The notes beneath the pieces are model-generated. The model made no database searches. It saw only the letters and a list, made by a program, of their open reading frames with translations, and was not told the origin of the DNA. 64,000 nucleotides of DNA. It comes from Vicingaceae bacterium (GTDB taxonomy: Bacteria; Bacteroidota; Bacteroidia; Flavobacteriales_E; Vicingaceae). The position numbers and the translations under genes were made by a program. This document shows, piece by piece, positions 49,367 to 58,812 of this stretch. How positions within the stretch are numbered: the first letter of the stretch is position 1; each line of letters starts with the position of its first letter. The stretch covers positions 5,804-69,803 of the forward strand of contig JARGOE010000001.1 of the NCBI GenBank assembly GCA_029210015.1, read 5' to 3'.

Positions 49367-52300
49367 TTATTCTCCCTTCCACTCATCACCTCTGCCAGGT
49401 GTGTAAGGTACTTTAGCATCTGTTAATTGCTTCTCTATACTTTCAACATCAGCAATTAAGGTTTTAACTTTTGCTAAAACTGGTGTGTATTCTTCTTGTG
49501 CAATTTTAATGTTGTTTTTACCAGTTGTTGTTGGTGCAGAAGTAGAGTTCCAAATGCTGTAAACTACAATTTCTACTCTGTCCATTATGCTTGGGTAAGT
49601 TTCAAATTCATGTTTACTAATGTCTCCATCTCCCCATAATTCAATAGCAATTTGTTTGCTTGTTGCTTTTAATGCATCAATTTTTGCTAACCAACTCATA
49701 TGTAAATTAGGATAATGTTCCACTGCTTGTTTTAAGTATTTAATACGGTTATTAATTTCGCCTAATTGGTTACTTGTGCCACTAACACTTCTTCTTAATT
49801 CGCTTACTTCTTTTAAGAAAGCCAATGCAGCTACTTTATCTTCAGCAGGTAAAGTTGTATGGTTTAATAATTCTATTTCAAAAGACTTGGGTTCTCCTAA
49901 TTTTTCTACTTTATTATCTTTTCCTAAATAAGCTGTTACTGTGTAAGTTCCTGGTAAAGCCATTTGCCCAACATCAGCAGAACCATATCTTCCAACTTTA
50001 GCAGTTTTTAATTTAATAGGTGAAGTAGAAGTGTAACGGAAATTCCAAACTACTTCATTCATACCAGCTTTAGCACCAGTTTTAATTTTTTGGATTTCAT
50101 CACCTTGCTCAGTTTTAATTACAAATAGGAGATAAGCACCTTCTTCATCAGCCTCTTTCCTTATTTCTTCTTCAGTTGGCCAAAAATCATCATCCGTTTT
50201 CTTTTCATTAGCTCTTCTAGTTTCTTGAGCAGTTTTTAAGGTATCACTAAAATAATATCTAATTACACTTCCAACTGGTGGGTTAGGTGTTGCAAAAAAG
50301 CTTTCGCCTTGTGCATTTTTACCCTTGTATCCTAAAGGGTTAGAAGTATTAAACATTAATCCCTTTTTTACATCAAAAATGTGGAAACGCTTGTCTAATA
50401 ATTTTTCGTCAGCCAACTCTCTTAAAGGAGCATAGTTATCTAAGACATAAAAGCTTCTACCAAAACTTGCTAAAACTAAATCGTTTTCTCTTTGTTGTAT
50501 TTCCATATCTCTAACAGCAATAGTTGGTAACCCAGCTTTTAACTGTGTCCATTCCTTACCACCATTTAAAGTAACAAAAACACCATACTCTGTACCCACA
50601 AACAAGATATTTGGGTTTACATGGTCTTGCTCAATACAATATACCGCTTGGTTTTTTGGTAAGTTACTTGCTATTGATACCCAACTTGCACCTTTATTAG
50701 TACTCTTTAAAACGTAAGGCTTAAAATCTCCTTTTTTATGATTGTTAAATACTGCAAAAACGTTGTTTTCATTATGTTTAGATGCTCTTAATTGATTTAC
50801 ATAAGTCATTGCTGGAACTCCAGGGAAACTAATATATTTTGTCCAGCTATCACCACCATTATCAGAAACTTGCACTAAACCATCATCAGTACCAACATAT
50901 AATAGACCATCTTTTTTGGGAGATTCATCTAACGCAACGATATTACCATAAATTGTAGTCGATTTGTTTTTCATTACAGCATCAATACTCCAAACTTTAT
51001 CCATTACTTTAAACTTGTTTCTGTCTAAACCTCTGGTTAAATCTTGACTAACTTCTTCCCAAGTATCACCTCTGTCATCACTTTTAAATAATTTTTGGGC
51101 AGCAAAATATAAACGTTTGTTATTGTGTGGGCTAATTAATAACGGAGCATCCCAGTTCCAACGTAAAGCATCTCCACCCTTTTTAGGGAAAGGTTTAATA
51201 CCAGTTTTTTCTCCACTTTTTTTATCGTAACGCACTAACCAACCGTATTGAGATTGAGCATAAACAATGTTTTCATCTTTAGGGTCAATTTGAGATTCGA
51301 AACCATCACCACCATTGGTAATGTACCAATCAGAATTTACAATACCTGCATTGTTGGTAGTTCTTGATGGACCACCTTGGCTATTGTTATCTTGTGTTCC
51401 TCCATAAATATTATAAAAAGGGAATGCATTATCTGTAGCTACTTTGTAATACTGAGTAATTGGTAAGTTGGGCTTATACTGCCAATCTCCAGCAGCATTC
51501 CATGTTTCATACATTCCACCATCACAACCAACTAACCAATGATTTGTATCATCAGGGTCAATCCACATACAGTGATTATCTACGTGTTTGCTTTTTTCTC
51601 CAGTCTTTTTAAATGTTTTACCACCATCTTCAGTATGATGTAACCAAGTTGCCATTGAGTAAACTCTATTTTCATCTTTAGGGTCGCAAACTAACTCTTG
51701 GTAATAGTTGCCACTTGTAGAGTAGCTGCTTCTCTTTTCCCAGCTTTCACCTCTGTTGGTACTTCTAAAAACACCACCTTTACCTTGACTTGCTTCTACT
51801 ATGGCATAAATAAATTCTGGGTTTGCGGGAGAAATTGCTAACCCAATTCTTCCCATATCAACGCTTGGTAATCCACTGTTAATCATTTTCCAAGTTTTAC
51901 CACCATCAGTAGTTTTATGTAATCCAGATTCTGGACCACCACCAACATAAGTAAATACATGTCTTCTTCTTTGGTGTGCAGAAGCATAAATCACATCAGG
52001 GTTTCTTGGATCCATTACTATTTCTGCAATACCAGTATGTTTAGAAATTTCTAATACGTTTTTCCAAGTTTTACCACCATCAGTAGTTTTATAAACACCT
52101 CTTTCTCCTCCTTCGCTCCAAAGTGGACCGTAAGCAGCAACATAAACTATGTCAGAATTTGTTGGATGAACGATAATGTTACCAATATGCTCAGATGTTT
52201 TTAAACCTACATTTTCCCAAGTTTTACCACCATCTAATGATTTGTATACCCCGTCACCATAAGCGACACTTCTTTGGTTATTGTTTTCACCAGAACCAAC

Positions 52301-52633
52301 CCATATTACATTTGAATTATTTGGATCAATTGTTACACAACCAATAGAATAAGAGCCTTGGCTATCAAAAATTGGATTGTATGTTGTACCTGAGTTAGTA
52401 GTTTTCCACACACCACCACTTGCAACAGCTAAGTAATATTCTGAATGATTATTTGGGTTTACCGCTATATCTGCAACTCTTCCAGAAGTAAATGCCGGTC
52501 CAACACTTCTAAATTTTAAAGTGCTATATAAACCTGAGTTATATTTACTTTTTGGTTCTGATTTTTTCTTTTTTTGTGCGTTAACGTTAATTGCAAGAGC
52601 AATTGCTAATGAAGCTATTAGTAATTTTTTCAT
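49367..52633 (-). CDS. BNR/Asp-box repeat, sortilin (VPS10)-like beta-propeller protein
   Basis: Many S/T-x-D-x-G-x-T-W boxes ('SLDGGKTWE','TTDGGKTWK' several times,'SDDRGDTWE','SDNGGDSWT','TLNGGKEWT'). Signal peptide, 1088 aa. Confidence 0.85.
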   Translation of the reverse strand: MKKLLIASLAIALAINVNAQKKKKSEPKSKYNSGLYSTLKFRSVGPAFTSGRVADIAVNPNNHSEYYLAVASGGVWKTTNSGTTYNPIFDSQGSYSIGCVTIDPNNSNVIWVGSGENNNQRSVAYGDGVYKSLDGGKTWENVGLKTSEHIGNIIVHPTNSDIVYVAAYGPLWSEGGERGVYKTTDGGKTWKNVLEISKHTGIAEIVMDPRNPDVIYASAHQRRRHVFTYVGGGPESGLHKTTDGGKTWKMINSGLPSVDMGRIGLAISPANPEFIYAIVEASQGKGGVFRSTNRGESWEKRSSYSTSGNYYQELVCDPKDENRVYSMATWLHHTEDGGKTFKKTGEKSKHVDNHCMWIDPDDTNHWLVGCDGGMYETWNAAGDWQYKPNLPITQYYKVATDNAFPFYNIYGGTQDNNSQGGPSRTTNNAGIVNSDWYITNGGDGFESQIDPKDENIVYAQSQYGWLVRYDKKSGEKTGIKPFPKKGGDALRWNWDAPLLISPHNNKRLYFAAQKLFKSDDRGDTWEEVSQDLTRGLDRNKFKVMDKVWSIDAVMKNKSTTIYGNIVALDESPKKDGLLYVGTDDGLVQVSDNGGDSWTKYISFPGVPAMTYVNQLRASKHNENNVFAVFNNHKKGDFKPYVLKSTNKGASWVSIASNLPKNQAVYCIEQDHVNPNILFVGTEYGVFVTLNGGKEWTQLKAGLPTIAVRDMEIQQRENDLVLASFGRSFYVLDNYAPLRELADEKLLDKRFHIFDVKKGLMFNTSNPLGYKGKNAQGESFFATPNPPVGSVIRYYFSDTLKTAQETRRANEKKTDDDFWPTEEEIRKEADEEGAYLLFVIKTEQGDEIQKIKTGAKAGMNEVVWNFRYTSTSPIKLKTAKVGRYGSADVGQMALPGTYTVTAYLGKDNKVEKLGEPKSFEIELLNHTTLPAEDKVAALAFLKEVSELRRSVSGTSNQLGEINNRIKYLKQAVEHYPNLHMSWLAKIDALKATSKQIAIELWGDGDISKHEFETYPSIMDRVEIVVYSIWNSTSAPTTTGKNNIKIAQEEYTPVLAKVKTLIADVESIEKQLTDAKVPYTPGRGDEWKGE

Positions 52634-53109
52634 AGTTGTTGTGTGTTTTTCATATATTCTGCTACATCACTTTTTTCAAAAGGATAAGCATTAAAAGTAC
52701 CTGTAGCTTTCGCTACAGTTTTGTTATGTTGGTTTTTTATTTCGCCCGAAGCGAAAATAATTCTATTTCCTTTTTTATCTACAAGCCCCATTCCAGTTAA
52801 AATGTCATCTTCAAATGCGGGGTCATAATAACTTATTTTAAACTCAATGGTAGAAACTAATTTACCTTCTTCGGCTACTGCACTTAAAGCTGCAACTCCT
52901 AAAACTCCATCCATCATTGCGGCAATTACACCACCATGTGCTGCTGTTGGAGTAGCTAAGTGTTTAGCTTGAATGGTCATTTTATACTTAATCTCACCTT
53001 GGTTAATAATCTCCAATTCAAAATTATTATCCTTACCAAATTGGTTAACTTGATTATATATTTCGATGAGTTTTTCCATGTAAAATGCTAAGATAATAGC
53101 GATTAGCAA
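52630..53109 (-). CDS. PaaI-type hotdog-fold thioesterase
   Basis: 'AHGGVIAAMMDGVLGVAA' motif. The likely true start is the internal 'MEKLIEIY'. Confidence 0.8.
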   Translation of the reverse strand: MLIAIILAFYMEKLIEIYNQVNQFGKDNNFELEIINQGEIKYKMTIQAKHLATPTAAHGGVIAAMMDGVLGVAALSAVAEEGKLVSTIEFKISYYDPAFEDDILTGMGLVDKKGNRIIFASGEIKNQHNKTVAKATGTFNAYPFEKSDVAEYMKNTQQL

Positions 53110-53136
53110 ATTAACAAAACCGTTTATACTTTTTTG

Positions 53137-53901
53137 TTATAGCTTAGTAACAGAACCAGCACCACTTATAACTTTAGTGATTTTTGGATTGCCTTTATAC
53201 TTCACACTTCCAGCTCCAGAAACCTCTACTTTAAGAGTTTTCTTAGCAAACACTTTAGCACTTCCAGCTCCAGAAATATCTACTGAGGTATGTTTTGTTT
53301 TTAATTTTTCTGCTTGTAAATCACTCGCTCCTGACAATTCAATGTCAAAATTTTCTGCCTTACCTCTTAATGTTGTTTCACTTGCACCACTCATATCCAT
53401 TGTTAAGCTGATTACATCAACACCTAAATTGATGTCTGCTGCTCCGCTAATATTAATTTCTAAATTTTCACCGTCTAAAGTTCCTTTAGAATTTAATTCT
53501 ACAGCTCCTGAAATATCTATATCAGTTATATTTTTAACAGTTATATAGAGCTTTAATGATTCAGCATTACCAATAGGTTTTTTACTTTTAATATAAAGTG
53601 TATTGCTTTTGGTTTCAGTTTCTATTAGTTCGATAAGGTTATAATCAGCTTCTATTTCTAATTTTTCTGTATTTCCTTGGTTTATGAAGACTTCAAAATG
53701 TCCTGATATATCAATTTTATTAAAAGAATCAGTTGATCTTTCTTCAGTTGTAACATTTCCATCCCCATCTATACTATTAACGCATGAATAAAATGAAAAA
53801 GCTAAAACAATTAAGAATAAAATACGTTTAAAAACCATAAGTTTATTTTTTATAATAAGTTTGTATAAAAGTAATAATTTGTAGCTCAAACGGCTAAACA
53901 C
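53137..53901 (-). CDS. DUF2807 (head GIN-domain, beta-helix-like) lipoprotein
   Basis: Seven repeated 'xSGA(x)x' strands ('ISGAVEL','ISGAADI','MSGASET','LSGASDL','ISGAGSA','VSGAGSV','ISGAGSV'). The likely start 'MVFKRILFLIVLAFSFYSC' carries a lipobox. Confidence 0.65.
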   Translation of the reverse strand: MFSRLSYKLLLLYKLIIKNKLMVFKRILFLIVLAFSFYSCVNSIDGDGNVTTEERSTDSFNKIDISGHFEVFINQGNTEKLEIEADYNLIELIETETKSNTLYIKSKKPIGNAESLKLYITVKNITDIDISGAVELNSKGTLDGENLEINISGAADINLGVDVISLTMDMSGASETTLRGKAENFDIELSGASDLQAEKLKTKHTSVDISGAGSAKVFAKKTLKVEVSGAGSVKYKGNPKITKVISGAGSVTKL

Positions 53902-53923
53902 AAAAACTAAAATTTAAAGAACT

Positions 53924-54778
53924 ATGAAATTGTTTAAAGCATTATTATTAATGGTATGTGTAAATGTATTTTTTTCATGTAACACAGACGAATTAGAGAA
54001 TAAAATTGCTGAGTTAGAAGCTGAAAAATTAGAGTCTAATGGTCAATTAGATGACAAGGAAGAGTTGATTGTCGAGTTTATTGGTGATATGAATGAAATT
54101 CAGGCAAATCTTGCTCAGATTAAAGAAAGAGAAAATTTGATGACTGCTCGATTTGATAAAGGGAATGTTGAAATGAATGAAACAATGAGGGATGAGATTA
54201 TGGGAGATATTGAAATGATAAACAATTTGTTATTAGAGAATAAAAACAAAATGGTATCATTAAACTCTCGCTTAAAAAAATCTAATTTAAAGATAGTTGA
54301 GCTAGAAAAAATGATTGAAAATATGACAATGCAGATTCAAGAGAAAGATGCTCAAATTGCAAATCTTCAAACTCAGTTGGCCGAAGCAAATGTTCAATTA
54401 GCTGTATTGTTTGAAGAATACAATAATAGACTAGAAGAGATGGGGAATCAAGAGGATAAATTAAATAAAGCGTTTTATTGTTATGGATCATCTAAAGAAT
54501 TATTAGAGCAAGGTGTTTTAACAAAAGAAGGTGGGTTTATTGGAATAGGTAAAACTAAGAAGCTTTCAGATGATTTTAATAAAGAATATTTTACTCAAGT
54601 AGATATTACTTTGTTTTCAGAAATAGCTTTAAATGCTAAGAAAGCTAAATTAATAACCAACCATTCTCCAGAATCATATAAGATAGAAGGAACTGATGGT
54701 TCTGCAGAAAAATTAGTAATTACTGATGCTGAAAAATTTTGGGCCTCATCAAAATACTTAGTAGTAATAGTTGAATAA
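53924..54778 (+). CDS. Coiled-coil lipoprotein, unknown function
   Basis: Lipobox 'VFFSC' followed by the acidic 'NTDELE'. Long heptad-like Glu/Leu/Asn region. Confidence 0.5.
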   Translation: MKLFKALLLMVCVNVFFSCNTDELENKIAELEAEKLESNGQLDDKEELIVEFIGDMNEIQANLAQIKERENLMTARFDKGNVEMNETMRDEIMGDIEMINNLLLENKNKMVSLNSRLKKSNLKIVELEKMIENMTMQIQEKDAQIANLQTQLAEANVQLAVLFEEYNNRLEEMGNQEDKLNKAFYCYGSSKELLEQGVLTKEGGFIGIGKTKKLSDDFNKEYFTQVDITLFSEIALNAKKAKLITNHSPESYKIEGTDGSAEKLVITDAEKFWASSKYLVVIVE

Positions 54779-54796
54779 TTAGTTATACTAGAATAT

Positions 54797-54829
54797 AAAA
54801 AAACCGCAAATAAGATTTGCGGTTTTTTT
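54797..54829. terminator. Bidirectional rho-independent terminator between convergent genes
   Basis: CCGCAAA-TAAGA-TTTGCGG hairpin flanked by AAAAAAA and TTTTTTT. The T-run abuts the stop of the minus-strand gene. Confidence 0.85.
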
Positions 54830-56816
54830 ATATTCTAATTCCAACTAGGCAGACATCATCAATCTGTTCTAGCTCTCCTTTCCATTCTGAAAATTCTTTA
54901 TATAGAAGTTCTTTTTGTTCTAATAAGGGTAATGAATTTATAGAAAGTAGTTTTTCTTTTAATGGTTTGTATTTATACTTTTTGCCTTTTTCTCCTCCAA
55001 ATTGATCTGGGAAACCATCAGTCAAAAGGTAGATAGTATCTCCGTTTTGTAAATTAACAGTATGGTTTGTAAAAGGCATTTTATTCATGTATTTGCCAAT
55101 AGGTTGTTTATCTCCTTTTGTTTCAATTATTTCATTGTTTCTAATAATCCATAGTGGATTGTTAGCTCCTGCATACTGTAACTCTAAGTTATTTAAAAGA
55201 CATAGAGCTATATCCATCCCATCTTTAATGTTGGCTTCACTTTTTTCAAAAGTTTCAATAACAATATCTCTTGTTTTATTTAAAATCTCAGCAGGTTCAA
55301 CTAATTGAAACTCCCTTACAGATCTATTTAAAGCATTATTACAAACTACACTTACCATTGCTCCAGGAACTCCATGCCCTGTGCAATCTGCTACAGCGAA
55401 CAAAATTCCATTCTGATTTTTTTCCATCCAATAAAAATCTCCAGCAACAATATCTTTGGGTAAATACAAAACAAAATTTTCAGGTAAAGTTTTTTTAATT
55501 AAATTATTAGTTGGAAGAATAGCAGATTGAATACGTTTAGCATATTGAATACTATCAGTTATATCCCTATTTTTCATTTCAATTTGTTTCTTTTGTACTT
55601 CTAAAGTTTCATTTACTTTTTTCTTAGTAATATTTCCTTTTACAGAAATTACAACAATAACAATTAGAAGAATAAGACCTGTTGAGCCTCCAACAATAAT
55701 CATTTTTTTTTGGGTAGCTTGATATTTCGCTTGTTCTTGTTGCTTTAATATCTCGGCTTCTTTTTCCTTAGTTTCATAAAGAGCATTCATCTCAGCAACA
55801 GAGTTAGCATTTTCTTTGTTGAAAATTTCATCTTTTAGCTGATAAGCCATTTTTAAACTGTGGTTTGCTAAGGCTAAATTGTTTTTTTGCTCATATATTT
55901 TTGCTGTAGTTTCATAAATTTCAATCATTTCGGGTTTTGCATCTAAATCGGTATATATTTTTAATCCTTGACTAAGAAATGAAATAGCTTCACTATGTTT
56001 GTTTTGCTCAGTTAACAAACTACCTAAGCAGCTATACATATTTGCTTGCTGCCACTTATCATTTATTTTTTCAGCTTGTTGAAGAGACTTAAAGTATGAA
56101 GTATATGCTTCGTCATATTCTTTGAGTACAGCATGGACTTCACCAACATTTCCATTAATTAAGGACATACCTCCTAAATCTTTTAATTCGATATATATGT
56201 CTAAAGCTTTTGAATAATAGGTTAAAGCTGTATCGTTATTTCCCATGTCTGAAAAAGAATTTCCCAAATTGTTATAGCATGTAGCTATGTCCATCTTTAA
56301 ATTATGATTTAGGTAATAGTTAAGAGCTTTTTCAATGATATTTATAGATTCTTTATAGTTACCCAAATAATAATGAATTATACCAATATTATTGTAGCAA
56401 GTACTCATGCTATTAGAGTCATTAAGGGCTTCAAAAATTGAAAGTAGCTCGTAGTTTTGCTGTTGAGAAATTGCATATCTTCCCATAAAATCATTTGCAT
56501 AACTTTTATGCATTAATGCAGTTATTCTTCCAGTCTCGTAATTTATTTGTTCTGCTAAACTATAAGATTTAGTGGCATAATTTAAAGCTTTAGGGTAATT
56601 ACTATCTAAGTAGATACTTGCAATATCGTTCAGTACATCAATTTTAGTTGAATCATCAGGAAGAATTCTTTCTAGTTGCAATAAACTATCTAAGGTTTTG
56701 TCATCAGCTTTAATGAAAGTTGTACATAAGGAAAAAGTCAAAAAGAATATAAGATGAAAAAATATTTTTGCTGACTTCATAGCTGAAAGGTAGTGATTTG
56801 AAATCAGACAGCCCAA
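54828..56816 (-). CDS. Transmembrane sensor phosphatase: extracytoplasmic TPR array + TM helix + cytoplasmic PP2C/SpoIIE domain
   Basis: N-terminal signal/TM (likely start 'MKSAKIFFHLIFFLTFSL'). ~7 TPR units ('YNNIGIIHYYLGNYKESI','YNNLGNSFSDMGNNDTAL'...). Coiled coil. TM 'MIIVGGSTGLILLIVIVVISV'. PP2C motifs 'AGDFYW','ADCTGHGVPGA','TDGFPDQFGG','IDDVCLVGIRI'. Confidence 0.85.
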   Translation of the reverse strand: MGCLISNHYLSAMKSAKIFFHLIFFLTFSLCTTFIKADDKTLDSLLQLERILPDDSTKIDVLNDIASIYLDSNYPKALNYATKSYSLAEQINYETGRITALMHKSYANDFMGRYAISQQQNYELLSIFEALNDSNSMSTCYNNIGIIHYYLGNYKESINIIEKALNYYLNHNLKMDIATCYNNLGNSFSDMGNNDTALTYYSKALDIYIELKDLGGMSLINGNVGEVHAVLKEYDEAYTSYFKSLQQAEKINDKWQQANMYSCLGSLLTEQNKHSEAISFLSQGLKIYTDLDAKPEMIEIYETTAKIYEQKNNLALANHSLKMAYQLKDEIFNKENANSVAEMNALYETKEKEAEILKQQEQAKYQATQKKMIIVGGSTGLILLIVIVVISVKGNITKKKVNETLEVQKKQIEMKNRDITDSIQYAKRIQSAILPTNNLIKKTLPENFVLYLPKDIVAGDFYWMEKNQNGILFAVADCTGHGVPGAMVSVVCNNALNRSVREFQLVEPAEILNKTRDIVIETFEKSEANIKDGMDIALCLLNNLELQYAGANNPLWIIRNNEIIETKGDKQPIGKYMNKMPFTNHTVNLQNGDTIYLLTDGFPDQFGGEKGKKYKYKPLKEKLLSINSLPLLEQKELLYKEFSEWKGELEQIDDVCLVGIRI

Positions 56817-56818
56817 TA

Positions 56819-57454
56819 TTAATAGATGTTTCCTAACTTAATTTCGATAGTTTTTTGTTCTGTATCACCAAATTGTTTGGTTGTTTCTATTAAATAAATA
56901 TCAACTCTTATTGTTTTTGTTTTATGCTTTCTAATAACTGAGGCTTCCATAATTCCTTTGTAATTATTACTCGAATCTTTATCTAAAGGAATCGAAAATA
57001 TGATATTGTTAGTTAAGAAATTAACAGTTTTGTTACGTTGTTTTATTAGTGAAATAAGTCTAGAAAGTTTAATACTTGATTCTTTTTGGTCAATTATTGA
57101 AGAATCTGTAATTGTTATAGTATCACTAATAAAAAGTTCTTTCATTAATTCTTCGGAATGTTTAACTAATCCTTTGTCCATTTTGGGATTAGACACAATT
57201 TTCAAATAATCTAAAAAATCTTGAAATTTTTGTTGTGCTCTCAGTTCAAAAGCCGCTTGTTGTTCTATGCTTAAACTTTTGGGTAACTTATTAATATTTA
57301 GTTCTTCAGTAAATTCGGCATTATTCCCCGGTATTGATTTTGATTCTTCTGCTGGAGCTACAGCATCTTCATATCTACTTTCTCCAGCACAAGAGAATAA
57401 AACTAATAGCAAGTAAAAACTAATTATATGTAATACCTGTTTAAACATTTTCAT
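56819..57454 (-). CDS. Lipoprotein of unknown function, co-transcribed with the TPR-PP2C gene
   Basis: Lipobox 'VLFSC' followed by 'AGESRYEDAVAP'. 2-nt gap to the downstream gene and a 14-nt overlap with the upstream gene. Confidence 0.55.
   Translation of the reverse strand: MKMFKQVLHIISFYLLLVLFSCAGESRYEDAVAPAEESKSIPGNNAEFTEELNINKLPKSLSIEQQAAFELRAQQKFQDFLDYLKIVSNPKMDKGLVKHSEELMKELFISDTITITDSSIIDQKESSIKLSRLISLIKQRNKTVNFLTNNIIFSIPLDKDSSNNYKGIMEASVIRKHKTKTIRVDIYLIETTKQFGDTEQKTIEIKLGNIY
57353..57397 (-). repeat. Copy A of a 45-bp inverted repeat (encodes FSCAGESRYEDAVAP)
   Basis: Its reverse complement ttctcttgtgctggagaaagtagatatgaagatgctgtagctcca matches 58858-58902 at 40 of 45 positions. Confidence 0.85.
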
Positions 57455-58370
57455 CTTGTTTTTGTTTAAATCGCATTATAGAGATTTTATCTCCAGAGTA
57501 AATAGTTTCTATTATTTCAATACTTTTTAAGCTTTTTGTTGGAGTGGTTAATTTGTCTATAAATTCCTTTTTGTTAAATAACTCCATTCCTGTTTTTTCG
57601 TCTTCATATACCTGATATATTCTAGCATCATCAGTTAGCATTAAACTTAGTTGTTTTCTTCTTTTTCTCCAGTTAGTTACTTTCGATTTAGAAAATAAAT
57701 GAATCATTAAAGCGTAATCGTTTGTTTTTAATTGAATTTGTTCTTCATTAATGCTTTTGTTATGAACTATACGAGTTATGGTATCGGGTTTATAGTAGGG
57801 TGAGCGAACAACAAATTGTATTTGTTTATCTTTTGTAACTAACGAAAAACAGCCATTACTATCACACTGAGTTACCATTGGTGATTCATTTTGCTTTATA
57901 ACTACCACCCATATAGGACTATTTTTAATAGGAGCTTTTAAGTTAGCATCTACAAAACAAAATTTATAGGTCTTGTTTTGAGGTATAAATTGGTAACCAA
58001 TAAAAACAATTGAAAGAACTAATAGAATAATAATTAATATTAATGGATTTCTTTTTTTAACCTTTATACTAGGTTCTTCTTCAATTTGAAATTTACTTTT
58101 TAGGTCATTCCAATTTTGATATCCTGCATACTCACATAAAATATTTAGCATATCAATTCTTGGAAGCTTTTTTGTTTCTGTTTTAATATGGGTATAAAAC
58201 CATTTTTCAGAAATTCTACCATTTACTTTATCTAGTAAATCATCTTGTAGATATATAATCTCTTGTCGTTTCCACTTTTCAATGTCTAAATCAACAGAAA
58301 AATTAAGTTGTAGTGTTTTTGCAACTTCTTTTTTCAGGATTTTAAAATATTTCAAATCTTCTTTAGACAA
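57441..58370 (-). CDS. Membrane-tethered protein: cytoplasmic HTH-like N-domain + TM + extracytoplasmic domain
   Basis: N-terminal 'ISEKWFYTHIK....LPRIDMLNILCEYAGYQNWNDL' resembles the HTH-like N-domains common in Bacteroidota signalling proteins. TM 'LILIIILLVLSIVFIGYQFI'. ~180 aa lie outside the membrane. TTG start. Confidence 0.55.
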   Translation of the reverse strand: MSKEDLKYFKILKKEVAKTLQLNFSVDLDIEKWKRQEIIYLQDDLLDKVNGRISEKWFYTHIKTETKKLPRIDMLNILCEYAGYQNWNDLKSKFQIEEEPSIKVKKRNPLILIIILLVLSIVFIGYQFIPQNKTYKFCFVDANLKAPIKNSPIWVVVIKQNESPMVTQCDSNGCFSLVTKDKQIQFVVRSPYYKPDTITRIVHNKSINEEQIQLKTNDYALMIHLFSKSKVTNWRKRRKQLSLMLTDDARIYQVYEDEKTGMELFNKKEFIDKLTTPTKSLKSIEIIETIYSGDKISIMRFKQKQDENV

Positions 58371-58394
58371 TTGATAATTAGGGTTTTAAGTCTG

Positions 58395-58411
58395 TTTTAC
58401 AATTTGTAAAA
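58395..58411. promoter_or_regulatory. Perfect 17-bp palindrome TTTTACAA-T-TTGTAAAA in a divergent promoter region
   Basis: Read directly from the sequence. It lies 25 nt upstream of the TTG start at 58370. Two further TTTACA(A/G) direct copies lie at 58415-58421 and 58426-58432. Confidence 0.5.
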
Positions 58412-58464
58412 TAATTTACAAAGGGTTTACAGGTATTCTTCAAAGCTATGGTAAAAATGGCTTG

Positions 58465-58472
58465 TATGTTTG
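58465..58472 (+). promoter_or_regulatory. Candidate -7 promoter box (TATGTTTG)
   Basis: Exact TAnnTTTG, 29 nt upstream of the ATG at 58502. It lies inside the longer track ORF, which supports the shorter start. Confidence 0.4.
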
Positions 58473-58501
58473 AGTTATTGTTTAACCCAAAATTTAAAGT
58501 T

Positions 58502-58741
58502 ATGAAAAATTTAATGCAAAAATTAGTTAAGGCAACTCTTTGTTTAGGTGTTGTAAGTGTATCATTAATTGCTTGTAGTGAAGATGTTCAAGAAGACACA
58601 AACATTATCACATTAGATCAATTAAACGATGAATTGAATAAAATCGATTCAACAGTAAATGATACAAATGTAGTGGTAGAAGATTCTTTAGAATTTGAGC
58701 CAGTAGATGTAGAAGAAGTTGTGGAAAAGGAAGAGGAATAA
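58502..58741 (+). CDS. Small acidic lipoprotein
   Basis: The internal ATG gives 'MKNLMQKLVKATLCLGVVSVSLIAC', a signal peptide plus lipobox, followed by 'SEDVQED'. Glu/Asp/Val-rich tail. Confidence 0.5.
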   Translation: MKNLMQKLVKATLCLGVVSVSLIACSEDVQEDTNIITLDQLNDELNKIDSTVNDTNVVVEDSLEFEPVDVEEVVEKEEE

Positions 58742-58747
58742 CATCTA

Positions 58748-58777
58748 AAAAAGCGAGCGGTAAAATGCTCGCTTTTA
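58748..58777 (+). terminator. Rho-independent terminator (moderate)
   Basis: AGCGAGC-GGTAAAAT-GCTCGCT hairpin followed by TTTT. It overlaps the ATG at 58765 used by the track ORF, which argues for the 58813 start. Confidence 0.5.
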
Positions 58778-58812
58778 TTAATTCATTACCAATAACTCAA
58801 AAAACAATTATC

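Noticed and set aside
58448-58812. The longer start codons used by the ORF track for 58448-58741 and 58765-59676.
   Set aside because: Internal ATGs at 58502 and 58813 give canonical signal peptide plus lipobox N-termini. A TAnnTTTG box (58465-58472) and a terminator hairpin (58748-58777) lie inside the longer versions.
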